Positions 54,113 through 62,456 of a stretch of 64,000 nt of DNA are shown here, piece after piece. The first letter of the stretch is position 1. Each line of letters starts with the position of its first letter. The notes beneath the pieces were generated by a model. The model was not told where the DNA came from. It made no database searches and saw only the letters and a list, made by a program, of their open reading frames with translations. The position numbers and the translations under genes are program-made. Source of the stretch: Candidatus Falkowbacteria bacterium (GTDB taxonomy: Bacteria > Patescibacteriota > Patescibacteriia > Patescibacteriales > UBA12075); contig DOSJ01000018.1 in the NCBI GenBank assembly GCA_003514005.1, positions 33,105-97,104 of the forward strand. Direction: 5' to 3'.

Positions 54113-55383
54113 AAAGATCGGGTAAAGAATTTTATCGCCGGTATCACGTAAATTTTTTTATCAACGGACTCGACTATATCTTCTTCGTCATAAGTTATAA
54201 TAAACGCATCTTTTAATTTTAATTCATCCATTGCACCCAAAAGGCTTCTTATCTCCCTACTTTTGGTTTTGCTATCGGATAATGTCCAGGATACTTGGAT
54301 TAATTGATTAAGCCGATTTTTTTCTTTTAGCACGAAATCAACTTCATAATTATTACTCGTCTTATAATACATAACATCTTTCCCTGCTTTAAGAAATTCT
54401 AAAAGAACTAAATTTTCCAACATTTTTCCTTTGTCCTCTGAAAACTTGTAAGCCACATTTTTTGCAAGACCCGTGTCAATCGCATAATATTTTTTCAATG
54501 CCTTGCTTTGTTTTTTTAATGAAAAGGAAAATTGCGGCACCTCTACAATCAAGAATGCATCCTTTAGGTAGCCCAAATAATCCGTAATCTGTTGGAATGT
54601 GCTATTTAAAGGCTCTTTAAGTGATTCAATCGATAAAAGTCCGCCGGAATTTGATATTAAATACAAAGCCAATTTTTTGACCGTATCTTTAGAGCGGATA
54701 TCATAGCGCGCAATAATATCTTTTTCCAAAATATCAAAAAAATAATTTTTCAACAGCTCTGAATCAGCGCCAATGACTGGTGCCGGAAAACCGCCGATAT
54801 CCAAAAAAACATCAAAAAGTTTTTTAATCTTTTCTTCTTGAACAACTAATTCTTTTTTATTTTTGATATTTACTCCGGAAAATGATAAAAACTCGGCAAA
54901 GTTAAGCGGCCAAGCAGTATAAGATTTGTGGCGTCCGGTAATCAGAGTTGACAGCTCGCCGCTGAGCAGAGTAGCCGATGAACCGGTAATATATATTTTA
55001 TACTTGCTGCCATCTCTTAATTTTCTTACTGCTTTCTCCCAATTTTTTATTTCTTGGATTTCATCAAAAAAAACATGAGTTAAACCTTGGTCAAAGTATT
55101 CTTTGTATGTATTTATTAATACTTCAATAATTTGCGGATTATTATTTTCAATAAAAAACGGGTCTTCAAAATTGATATACAAAAAAACCGCTTTCGGATC
55201 AAGCGCCTTAATCAATAATTTCAATATAGATGACTTTCCGCAACGGCGCACACCGACAATATCGATTATTTCTTGGCTATTTGTTGGAATATCATTTAAT
55301 ATTGAGCGATTAAAATATTTATCATTATCTACAGAATTTTGCCAATATTCAATCAATTTTATTAATTCATCTTTATTTTTCAT
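54109..55383 (-). CDS. AAA ATPase with DUF4143-like C-terminus
   Basis: Walker A GVRRCGKSS and Walker B VFFDEIQ. ATGA overlap with the murC start. Confidence 0.65.
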   Translation of the reverse strand: MKNKDELIKLIEYWQNSVDNDKYFNRSILNDIPTNSQEIIDIVGVRRCGKSSILKLLIKALDPKAVFLYINFEDPFFIENNNPQIIEVLINTYKEYFDQGLTHVFFDEIQEIKNWEKAVRKLRDGSKYKIYITGSSATLLSGELSTLITGRHKSYTAWPLNFAEFLSFSGVNIKNKKELVVQEEKIKKLFDVFLDIGGFPAPVIGADSELLKNYFFDILEKDIIARYDIRSKDTVKKLALYLISNSGGLLSIESLKEPLNSTFQQITDYLGYLKDAFLIVEVPQFSFSLKKQSKALKKYYAIDTGLAKNVAYKFSEDKGKMLENLVLLEFLKAGKDVMYYKTSNNYEVDFVLKEKNRLNQLIQVSWTLSDSKTKSREIRSLLGAMDELKLKDAFIITYDEEDIVESVDKKIYVIPAIKFFTRSL

Positions 55384-55515
55384 AATATACGGCTTATGAC
55401 TTTTATTAATTATAATAATATATAACTTATGATAATTAATAAATTATAATTTGTCAATGATATTTTTTTCTTCTGCATTGGGTCACAATTCATTAGACAC
55501 CGTAGTACGGCGTCT

Positions 55516-56640
55516 CTACGATAATAATTTGCTTATTATTTCCACAATTTTTTCTTCGCAATCGGTTTTAATAACTGTTTTGATATTATTTTTTAATCTA
55601 TTCCGCAAAATCTCGTCATTTAAAATCATTTTAATATTATTTAACAAAATTTCTCCGGTCAATTCATTTTGATTTAAAACAATTGCCGCGTCTGCTTTTG
55701 CAAACACTGCGGAATTATCTTCTTGGTGCGAATCGGGCATCGGAATTATAATTGTCGGTTTGGCGACATATGATAGCTCGGTCAAAGAGCCGATGCCGGC
55801 GCGAGAGATTATAATATCGGCGGCGGAATAATTTTTTATCAAGCCAAAAACATCAAGAAATTCAAAATATTTATAATAAATATTTGTTTCCATAGCGCGC
55901 ATCATAGGTAGGCCGGCTTTGCCCTTGCCTGTGATATGCAAAATCTGACAAACTTTTGTCAGGCTATCAATGCTTTTAATAACAAGCTCGTTAATAGCAC
56001 CCGCGCCCGTACCACCACCCATCACAAGAACAACCGGTTTATTGTCACGCAACCCGATTTTTTGCATTGCTTCTCTTTTGCTGATTTTTACAGAAGTGAA
56101 TTCTTTACGAATCGGATTACCAACCAAAACCGCTTTATCCCCGTAATCTGTCAAAGACTTTTCAAAAGTCACCATAACCTTTTTTGCAAACGGCGCCATC
56201 AGTTTATTTGCCAAACCCGGTCGCACATCCAACTGCTGTATCAAAACCGGAATGCGTAAAATCCAAGCTGCCCAGACCAAAGGCACGCTAACAAAAGAGC
56301 CAGCGCTAATAATTAAATCCGGCTTCTCATTTATTAAGATAAAAAGAGACTGAAAAAAAGCAATTTTTATTTTAAAAATATCAACAACATTTTGCCAAGA
56401 CCAATAGCGCCGCAATTTTCCGGAAAAAATCGCACGATATTCAATCCCTGCCGATTCTGCCATTTGCCGCTCAATACCTGTTTTGGTTCCAATCCAAAGA
56501 TATTGAATATTGAATATTGAATATTGAATATTTCCCAGTATTTCCGATATTGCTAAAAGAGGAGTTACTGAGCCACCAGTTCCTCCGCCGGTTAGAATTA
56601 TTTTCTTAGATATTTGATTTGACATCATTTTATAATTCAT
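55516..56640 (-). CDS. murG: Undecaprenyldiphospho-muramoylpentapeptide beta-N-acetylglucosaminyltransferase
   Basis: ILTGGGTGGSVTPLLAI and ISRAGIGSLTEL motifs. Confidence 0.9.
   Translation of the reverse strand: MNYKMMSNQISKKIILTGGGTGGSVTPLLAISEILGNIQYSIFNIQYLWIGTKTGIERQMAESAGIEYRAIFSGKLRRYWSWQNVVDIFKIKIAFFQSLFILINEKPDLIISAGSFVSVPLVWAAWILRIPVLIQQLDVRPGLANKLMAPFAKKVMVTFEKSLTDYGDKAVLVGNPIRKEFTSVKISKREAMQKIGLRDNKPVVLVMGGGTGAGAINELVIKSIDSLTKVCQILHITGKGKAGLPMMRAMETNIYYKYFEFLDVFGLIKNYSAADIIISRAGIGSLTELSYVAKPTIIIPMPDSHQEDNSAVFAKADAAIVLNQNELTGEILLNNIKMILNDEILRNRLKNNIKTVIKTDCEEKIVEIISKLLS
56499..56533. repeat. Heptamer array (atattga x4) inside murG
   Basis: Translated as GNIQYSIFNIQYL, just after the G-loop helix. 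Confidence 0.85.
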
Positions 56641-56682
56641 TATAAACTTTTTTAATTCTTACTTCTAACTTCTTACTTCTTT

Positions 56683-57822
56683 TTATCTTAACTTCGTCTG
56701 TTTACTAATATTCACAAGAATCCCGCAAGCGGCCAGTGCCGCGAGAATCGCCGAGCCGCCGTAGGAAATTAACGGCAAAGGCACACCGGTCATTGGCATT
56801 AAGTTTATGATTCCACCGATATTTATGATTGCTTGGATAACTATCCAGCTGACAATGCCGATTGCCAATATTTTTCCAAAATCATCAGGCGCATTTTTTG
56901 CTATCAGATAACCGCGATAGAAAAGGAATAAATACGCGCAGATCAAAGCAATACAAACCAGCAGGCCGGTTTCTTCGGCGATGATTGCAAATATCGAATC
57001 GCCACTGACTTCAGGCAGATACATGTATTTTTGCCGGCTCGCGCCTAACCCGCGCCCAAGAACACCGCCGGAACCGACTGCAATCAAAGATTGATTGATT
57101 TGATAACAAGCGCCCCTACTATCATAGTTCGGATCAAGCAAACATTTAAAACGCTCTTGCTGATAAGTTTTTACGCTAATAATTGCGGTTAATGCCAAAA
57201 CGCCGACAAGACAGATGGTAACCAGATGTCTTTTTTTGCCTCCGCCGGCAAAATATACGATCAAAGAAGTAGCGGTTACGATCGATAGTGTTCCCAGGTC
57301 CGGCTGTAAAAGCATTAACAAGGCAATAAACCCAAGTACGGCGATAAACGGGCCAATGCCCTGCGAAATTTCATGTAGACTTTTTTTTCTGGTTTCAAGC
57401 CAAGCGGCCAAATACAGCAAAAAAGAAAGCTTTACAAATTCTGAAGGTTGGAGCGAAAACCCGAAAACATTAATCCAGCTCCGCGCTTTGCCGTAGTGTG
57501 CTGAAAGCCCTGGAATAAAAACTAAAAGCAACAAAAAAATCGAACCAATCAAAAACCAAAAAGCGTATTTTCGCCATAGATGATAATCTACGCGCGAAAA
57601 AAATATAAACGCCGCAATGCCAATAGTCAAACCTTGAAGCTGATGTTTAAAATAATAATATACATCTCCAAACTTATCATAAGCCACCACCGCCGAAGCG
57701 CTGGAAAGGCTTATCAAACCGAATATGACAATCACGCCAATGATAAGCATTAGCGCCTTATCCGGTTCGTGATAACCAATCCGCTTGTCGAGAAGTTTTG
57801 TTAGTTTTTTTTTGAGAGACAT
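56683..57822 (-). CDS. ftsW: SEDS-family peptidoglycan polymerase FtsW/RodA
   Basis: 10 TM segments, QPSEFVKL, and TGVPLPLISYGGS. Confidence 0.85.
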   Translation of the reverse strand: MSLKKKLTKLLDKRIGYHEPDKALMLIIGVIVIFGLISLSSASAVVAYDKFGDVYYYFKHQLQGLTIGIAAFIFFSRVDYHLWRKYAFWFLIGSIFLLLLVFIPGLSAHYGKARSWINVFGFSLQPSEFVKLSFLLYLAAWLETRKKSLHEISQGIGPFIAVLGFIALLMLLQPDLGTLSIVTATSLIVYFAGGGKKRHLVTICLVGVLALTAIISVKTYQQERFKCLLDPNYDSRGACYQINQSLIAVGSGGVLGRGLGASRQKYMYLPEVSGDSIFAIIAEETGLLVCIALICAYLFLFYRGYLIAKNAPDDFGKILAIGIVSWIVIQAIINIGGIINLMPMTGVPLPLISYGGSAILAALAACGILVNISKQTKLR

Positions 57823-57832
57823 TAAAACAATA

Positions 57833-57902
57833 AATTCCTAAATTATAATTTCTAATATCTAAATATCAAAATTTAGAAATTAGAAATTAGAAATTAGAAA
57901 TT
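57833..57902. repeat. 32-nt-arm hairpin of ttagaaa heptamers in the mraY-ftsW spacer
   Basis: Arms 57833-57864 and 57871-57902; 28 of 32 positions are complementary. Confidence 0.8.
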
Positions 57903-57906
57903 CATT

Positions 57907-58956
57907 TTATAATGTTTTATCCAACCAAAACAAAATCAGCCCGATAACGGAAAATACTCCGGATAAGAGCCAGGAGCGCATTACTATTTTTGGCTCAGTC
58001 CAACCTTTGGCTTCGAAGTGATGATGGATAGGTGCGGATAAAAACACTTTTTTGCCGTTGCGGAATTTTTTGGAAAGAATCTGAACGACTGTTGATAAAG
58101 CTTCAATTAAAAATATCAATCCAATAAAAGGTAAAATAAAAGCGGTATTGGTATAGAGCGCGACCAGCGCCAAAGTTACGCCGAGCGAAATCGAACCGGT
58201 ATCCCCCATTATAAATCGAGCGGGATTGATATTGAACCACAAAAAAGCCAAAAGCGCGCCGACAATCACGCCGCAAAAAGTTGCCAAATCATACTTCCCT
58301 TGCGCAAATGAAATCACGCCATACGATGCGAAAGCAAAAAGGAGCGAACCGCCGGCTAAGCCGTCCAAGCCGTCGGTCTGATTTACGGCAAAAGCCGTGC
58401 CGACAACGATAGCGATAAAGAAAAGAATATACCACAAACCGAATTGCACAAATCCGATAAAAGGAATATGCACTATGCTCCAGTCCAATTTGAAATAAAA
58501 CCACCAAGCGCCGACAAAAGCGATCAAGGCGTAAATAATCAGCTTGTGGCTGAATTTTATGCCTCGCTTCTTATAGCCCAGCCGTCTGACATCCAGATAA
58601 TCATCGATTAAGCCGACCAGTGCCGATACAACCAAGCACCCGAGTGGCAAAAGCGTCTGTGAGCGGGAAAGAAAATTTAATTGTTCAAAAATATTCCAAG
58701 GCAAAAATAGCGCCAGATAATAAAAAACGACACTAAAAATCAAAACAGTTACCCATATCAACAAACCGCCCATGGTCGGGGTACCGGCCTTGTGGGCATG
58801 TAGTTTTGAAAACAGCGGCGTTGAACCGTCATCCCGAATCTGTTTGCCAAGCTTATATTTATACAAAAAATACGTAAAGAATGGCGTCCAGGCAACCGTA
58901 AAAACAAAAGCAAATGTCGTAAAAAAAAGAATCTTTATAATGTAAAAATCTTGCAT
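57907..58956 (-). CDS. mraY: Phospho-N-acetylmuramoyl-pentapeptide transferase
   Basis: NQTDGLDGLA, MGDTGSISLG and PIHHHFE motifs. Confidence 0.95.
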   Translation of the reverse strand: MQDFYIIKILFFTTFAFVFTVAWTPFFTYFLYKYKLGKQIRDDGSTPLFSKLHAHKAGTPTMGGLLIWVTVLIFSVVFYYLALFLPWNIFEQLNFLSRSQTLLPLGCLVVSALVGLIDDYLDVRRLGYKKRGIKFSHKLIIYALIAFVGAWWFYFKLDWSIVHIPFIGFVQFGLWYILFFIAIVVGTAFAVNQTDGLDGLAGGSLLFAFASYGVISFAQGKYDLATFCGVIVGALLAFLWFNINPARFIMGDTGSISLGVTLALVALYTNTAFILPFIGLIFLIEALSTVVQILSKKFRNGKKVFLSAPIHHHFEAKGWTEPKIVMRSWLLSGVFSVIGLILFWLDKTL

Positions 58957-58960
58957 ATAA

Positions 58961-59377
58961 CTATCTAAAATTAATTAAATAAACCGAAGAAATTGCCGCC
59001 AGCAAAACGATGTTGGACAACAAGCCCGTGATTAATAAAATGTATGAAATAATGATTATGTCTTTGTTTCTTTGCAAAAACATAACAATTAAAAAATTAA
59101 ATAAAATAATTATAAATCCCAAAACCGGAATAATAAAAATTTTTTCCGCATTACCATAGAAATCAATCCCAAAATCAACATTATAATGAAGAGCGATTTG
59201 ATCGGTTCCGGTTGTTACCTTGATAAATCTGGCGATTAGCCAAATCAAAACATTTGCAAATACGGCAGTGGCTAAAAAAATTTTTACATACGTATAAGAC
59301 CAGGCACTAAAAAAAGCGCTTTTCGCGTTTTTTCGAAAATTATAGGTGAGATTAAAAAAATTTATCCTTTCCAGCAT
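58961..59377 (-). CDS. Hypothetical membrane protein
   Basis: 138 aa, 3-4 TM segments. Stop lies 4 nt before the mraY start. Confidence 0.5.
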   Translation of the reverse strand: MLERINFFNLTYNFRKNAKSAFFSAWSYTYVKIFLATAVFANVLIWLIARFIKVTTGTDQIALHYNVDFGIDFYGNAEKIFIIPVLGFIIILFNFLIVMFLQRNKDIIIISYILLITGLLSNIVLLAAISSVYLINFR

Positions 59378-59498
59378 ACATCCTTACTTTAACATAATAT
59401 AGAGAAAAATCAAAGATGTATTTGTTATCTGATTTTCTTTTTATTTTTTCGAAAAATATGTTATAATATATTTATAATTTAAAATCCACAATCAATCT

Positions 59499-61235
59499 AT
59501 GCTTTCTGACCAACAACTAAAAAACATCTTGCTTAAAGCTGAAATTTTATCATCTGAAAAATTCGACAATCTACAAGAAGAAGCAAAAACGCTCGGGAAA
59601 TCTATCGAATATTATTTGAACGAGAAAAATATTATTAGCCCTCTGGTTTTATACGAAAACGCAGCCGCTTATTATAAAATTCCATTTATAGATTTAAAAA
59701 ATCAAACCATCCGCAAAGACATTCTTTTTTTAATTCCCGAACCGATTGCCACTACCCATAATATAATCGCCTATGACGCGAATGACAAAGAAATCAAGCT
59801 TGCCGTTCTTGATCCAGATGACATGGAAATTTTTGAATTTATCAAAAAAAAGACCGGTCTTAATGTCAAAATCAGCTTGACCACGCCGGACAATATCAAA
59901 GAAACTCTGAAACAATACCACAAAAGCTTGAAAGCGGAATTCAATTATTTAAGCGAAGAAAAAGAAGATGGAAAAGGTGCGACTGAAGAAAATAAAGATT
60001 TGAAAAAATTGGCAGCCGATTTGCCGGTTGTCCGCATCGTTGATACGCTTTTGGAGTACTCTATTATGGAGGGCGCAAGCGATATCCACATTGAACCGGA
60101 AGAAAAAAACGTGCTGGTGCGCTATCGTATCGACGGTATTTTGCGCAATGTTATGGTATTGCCAAAAACCGTACAATCAGGAATCGTCGCCCGTATCAAA
60201 ATATTAGCCAATCTAAAAGTCGACGAGCATCGTCTCCCGCAGGACGGCCGTTTTAAAATATCCACAAACGAATACAAGGTGGCATTCCGCGTTTCCATTA
60301 TTCCGACTTTTGACGGCGAAAAGCTTGTTTTACGCCTGCTTAACGAAAAAGCGCAAGTATTGACTTTGGAACAACTCGGACTGCAAAAGAACCCTTTGGA
60401 GGTTTTGAAATCAAACGTTAAAAAACCGCACGGCATTATCCTGGTTACCGGCCCGACCGGTTCCGGAAAAACCACGACTCTCTACACGGTTTTGAATATC
60501 CTAAACACGCCGGAAGTCAATATTTCAACAGTCGAAGATCCAATCGAATACCGCATGCCGCATGTGAACCAATCGCAAGTCAATGCCAAAATCGGCTATA
60601 CTTTTGCATCAGGACTGCGCGCCTTTTTAAGGCAAGACCCGAATATTATCATGGTCGGCGAAATCCGCGATCAAGAAACAGCGGAAATCGCCATCCAAGC
60701 GGCCATGACCGGACATCTTGTATTATCCACTATCCACACCAATGATGCCGCCGGCACGATGCCACGCTTATCCGAAATGGGAGTACCGACTTTTTTAATC
60801 GCCACTACCGTTAATATTATCATTGCCCAGCGCCTTGTTCGCAAGATCTGCACAAACTGCATTCAAAGCTACAACCTTGAGCCGGAAACTATCAAAGAGC
60901 TGGAAAAACAGCTGAATATCGAAAATATTTTAAAAACTTTGGAAAAAGAAAAAATCATTATAGACGCGAAAAAAGGACTGAAATCAATGCTTTTTTATCG
61001 TGGCAAAGGCTGCAAACACTGTAATAACACCGGCTACAAAGGCCGCATCGGCATTTACGAAATATTGGAAAACTCTGAAACCATTTCCGCACTTATGCTC
61101 AAAAATGCCAGCGCCCACGAAATAAACCGCGAAGCCATAAAAAACGGCATGCTCGCAATCGTTGAAGACGGCTTTATTAAAGCACGCAACGGCATTACGA
61201 CGCTGGAGGAAGTGCTGAGAGTTACTAAGGAATAA
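59499..61235 (+). CDS. pilB: Type IV pilus assembly ATPase (GspE/PilB family)
   Basis: Walker A GPTGSGKTT, an Asp box, a His box (LSTIHTN), and a tetracysteine CTNC...CKHC. Confidence 0.85.
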   Translation: MLSDQQLKNILLKAEILSSEKFDNLQEEAKTLGKSIEYYLNEKNIISPLVLYENAAAYYKIPFIDLKNQTIRKDILFLIPEPIATTHNIIAYDANDKEIKLAVLDPDDMEIFEFIKKKTGLNVKISLTTPDNIKETLKQYHKSLKAEFNYLSEEKEDGKGATEENKDLKKLAADLPVVRIVDTLLEYSIMEGASDIHIEPEEKNVLVRYRIDGILRNVMVLPKTVQSGIVARIKILANLKVDEHRLPQDGRFKISTNEYKVAFRVSIIPTFDGEKLVLRLLNEKAQVLTLEQLGLQKNPLEVLKSNVKKPHGIILVTGPTGSGKTTTLYTVLNILNTPEVNISTVEDPIEYRMPHVNQSQVNAKIGYTFASGLRAFLRQDPNIIMVGEIRDQETAEIAIQAAMTGHLVLSTIHTNDAAGTMPRLSEMGVPTFLIATTVNIIIAQRLVRKICTNCIQSYNLEPETIKELEKQLNIENILKTLEKEKIIIDAKKGLKSMLFYRGKGCKHCNNTGYKGRIGIYEILENSETISALMLKNASAHEINREAIKNGMLAIVEDGFIKARNGITTLEEVLRVTKE

Positions 61236-61240
61236 AAAAT

Positions 61241-61297
61241 CTAAATTATAATTTCTAATGTCTAAATTTAGATATTATAATTTAAGAATTAGAAATT
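61241..61297. repeat. ctaaattataat / aatttctaat module element in the pilB-pilC spacer
   Basis: The modules A-B-C ... C'-A'-B' are arranged so that the pairings cross. Confidence 0.6.
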
Positions 61298-61304
61298 TTA
61301 TAAT

Positions 61305-62453
61305 ATGCCTGTAAATTTTTCACAAGAACAATTAAGCAAAACCGGAGTCGAAGTAAAAAACGGTAAAGAACAGTCGTCGACTATGGATAAAATCAATAAT
61401 TACTTGCTTCGATTTTCCAAAGTCCCTTTAAAAGAAAGGCTGTTTTTTGTTCAACACCTTGGCGTTATGCTTAAGTCGGGCATTTCTTTATCAATTGCCA
61501 TAAAAACTTTAGCCAAGCAGACTGAACATAAGTTTTTTAAAAAAGTACTGACCGATATCGGCACCAAAATCGAAAAAGGTTCAAGTTTCGCTGAAAGCCT
61601 TGATAGCCATAAAAGAATTTTCGGAGAATTGTTTGTAAATATGATCGAAGCCGGTGAACTTTCCGGAAAACTGGAAGAAGTCTTGCGACAGATTTTTTTG
61701 CAGATGAAAAAAGACCACAAGCTTATTTCAAAAGTAAAGGGCGCCTTAACTTACCCGGCGGTAATCCTTATGGCCATGTTCGGCATCGGTACATTCATGC
61801 TGGTTTTTGTTGTTCCAAAAATTACCGCCATGTTTACGGAAATGAATGCCGAGCTTCCTTTGCCAACAAAGGTATTGATCGGTCTTAGCGGACTGATAGC
61901 AAATAACGGGGTAATATCCGCAGTTATCTTTGTCGTACTAGTTTTTTCTTTTATTAAATTTTCAAAAACGCACAAAGGTAAATATCTGATACAGTCTCTC
62001 TTGCTTAAAGCGCCTGTCATTTCACCGATTATAAAAAAATTTAATCTTGCCCGTTTCGCGCGTAATATCAGCTCACTTCTCAAAACAGATATCATGATTA
62101 TAAAAGCGTTCCAGATTACCGCAAGTGTTTTGGGTAATCTTCACTACCGCGAAGCATTAATCGTAATGAGCAAGAAAATCAAAGACGGTGGAAAACTGAG
62201 CGATGTAATAAATACTTATCCAAAGCTTTTTACGCCGGTTGTCGCGCAAATGGTCGCAATCGGTGAAGAAACCGGAGAGCTGGACAATATTTTGGTTGAA
62301 TTAGCCGAATTTTATGAAGAAGAGGTTGATCAAATTATGGAAAGTTTGCCTGCTATCATCGAGCCATTGCTTATACTAATCTTGGGACTTGGTGTCGGCG
62401 GCGTTGCGGTCGCGATTATTATGCCGATGTATTCGATTACATCTTCGATCTAA
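61305..62453 (+). CDS. pilC: Type IV pilus platform protein (GspF/PilC family)
   Basis: Two T2SSF repeats (FVNMIEAGELSGKL, VAQMVAIGEETGELD) and 3 TM segments. Confidence 0.85.
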   Translation: MPVNFSQEQLSKTGVEVKNGKEQSSTMDKINNYLLRFSKVPLKERLFFVQHLGVMLKSGISLSIAIKTLAKQTEHKFFKKVLTDIGTKIEKGSSFAESLDSHKRIFGELFVNMIEAGELSGKLEEVLRQIFLQMKKDHKLISKVKGALTYPAVILMAMFGIGTFMLVFVVPKITAMFTEMNAELPLPTKVLIGLSGLIANNGVISAVIFVVLVFSFIKFSKTHKGKYLIQSLLLKAPVISPIIKKFNLARFARNISSLLKTDIMIIKAFQITASVLGNLHYREALIVMSKKIKDGGKLSDVINTYPKLFTPVVAQMVAIGEETGELDNILVELAEFYEEEVDQIMESLPAIIEPLLILILGLGVGGVAVAIIMPMYSITSSI

Positions 62454-62456
62454 AAA

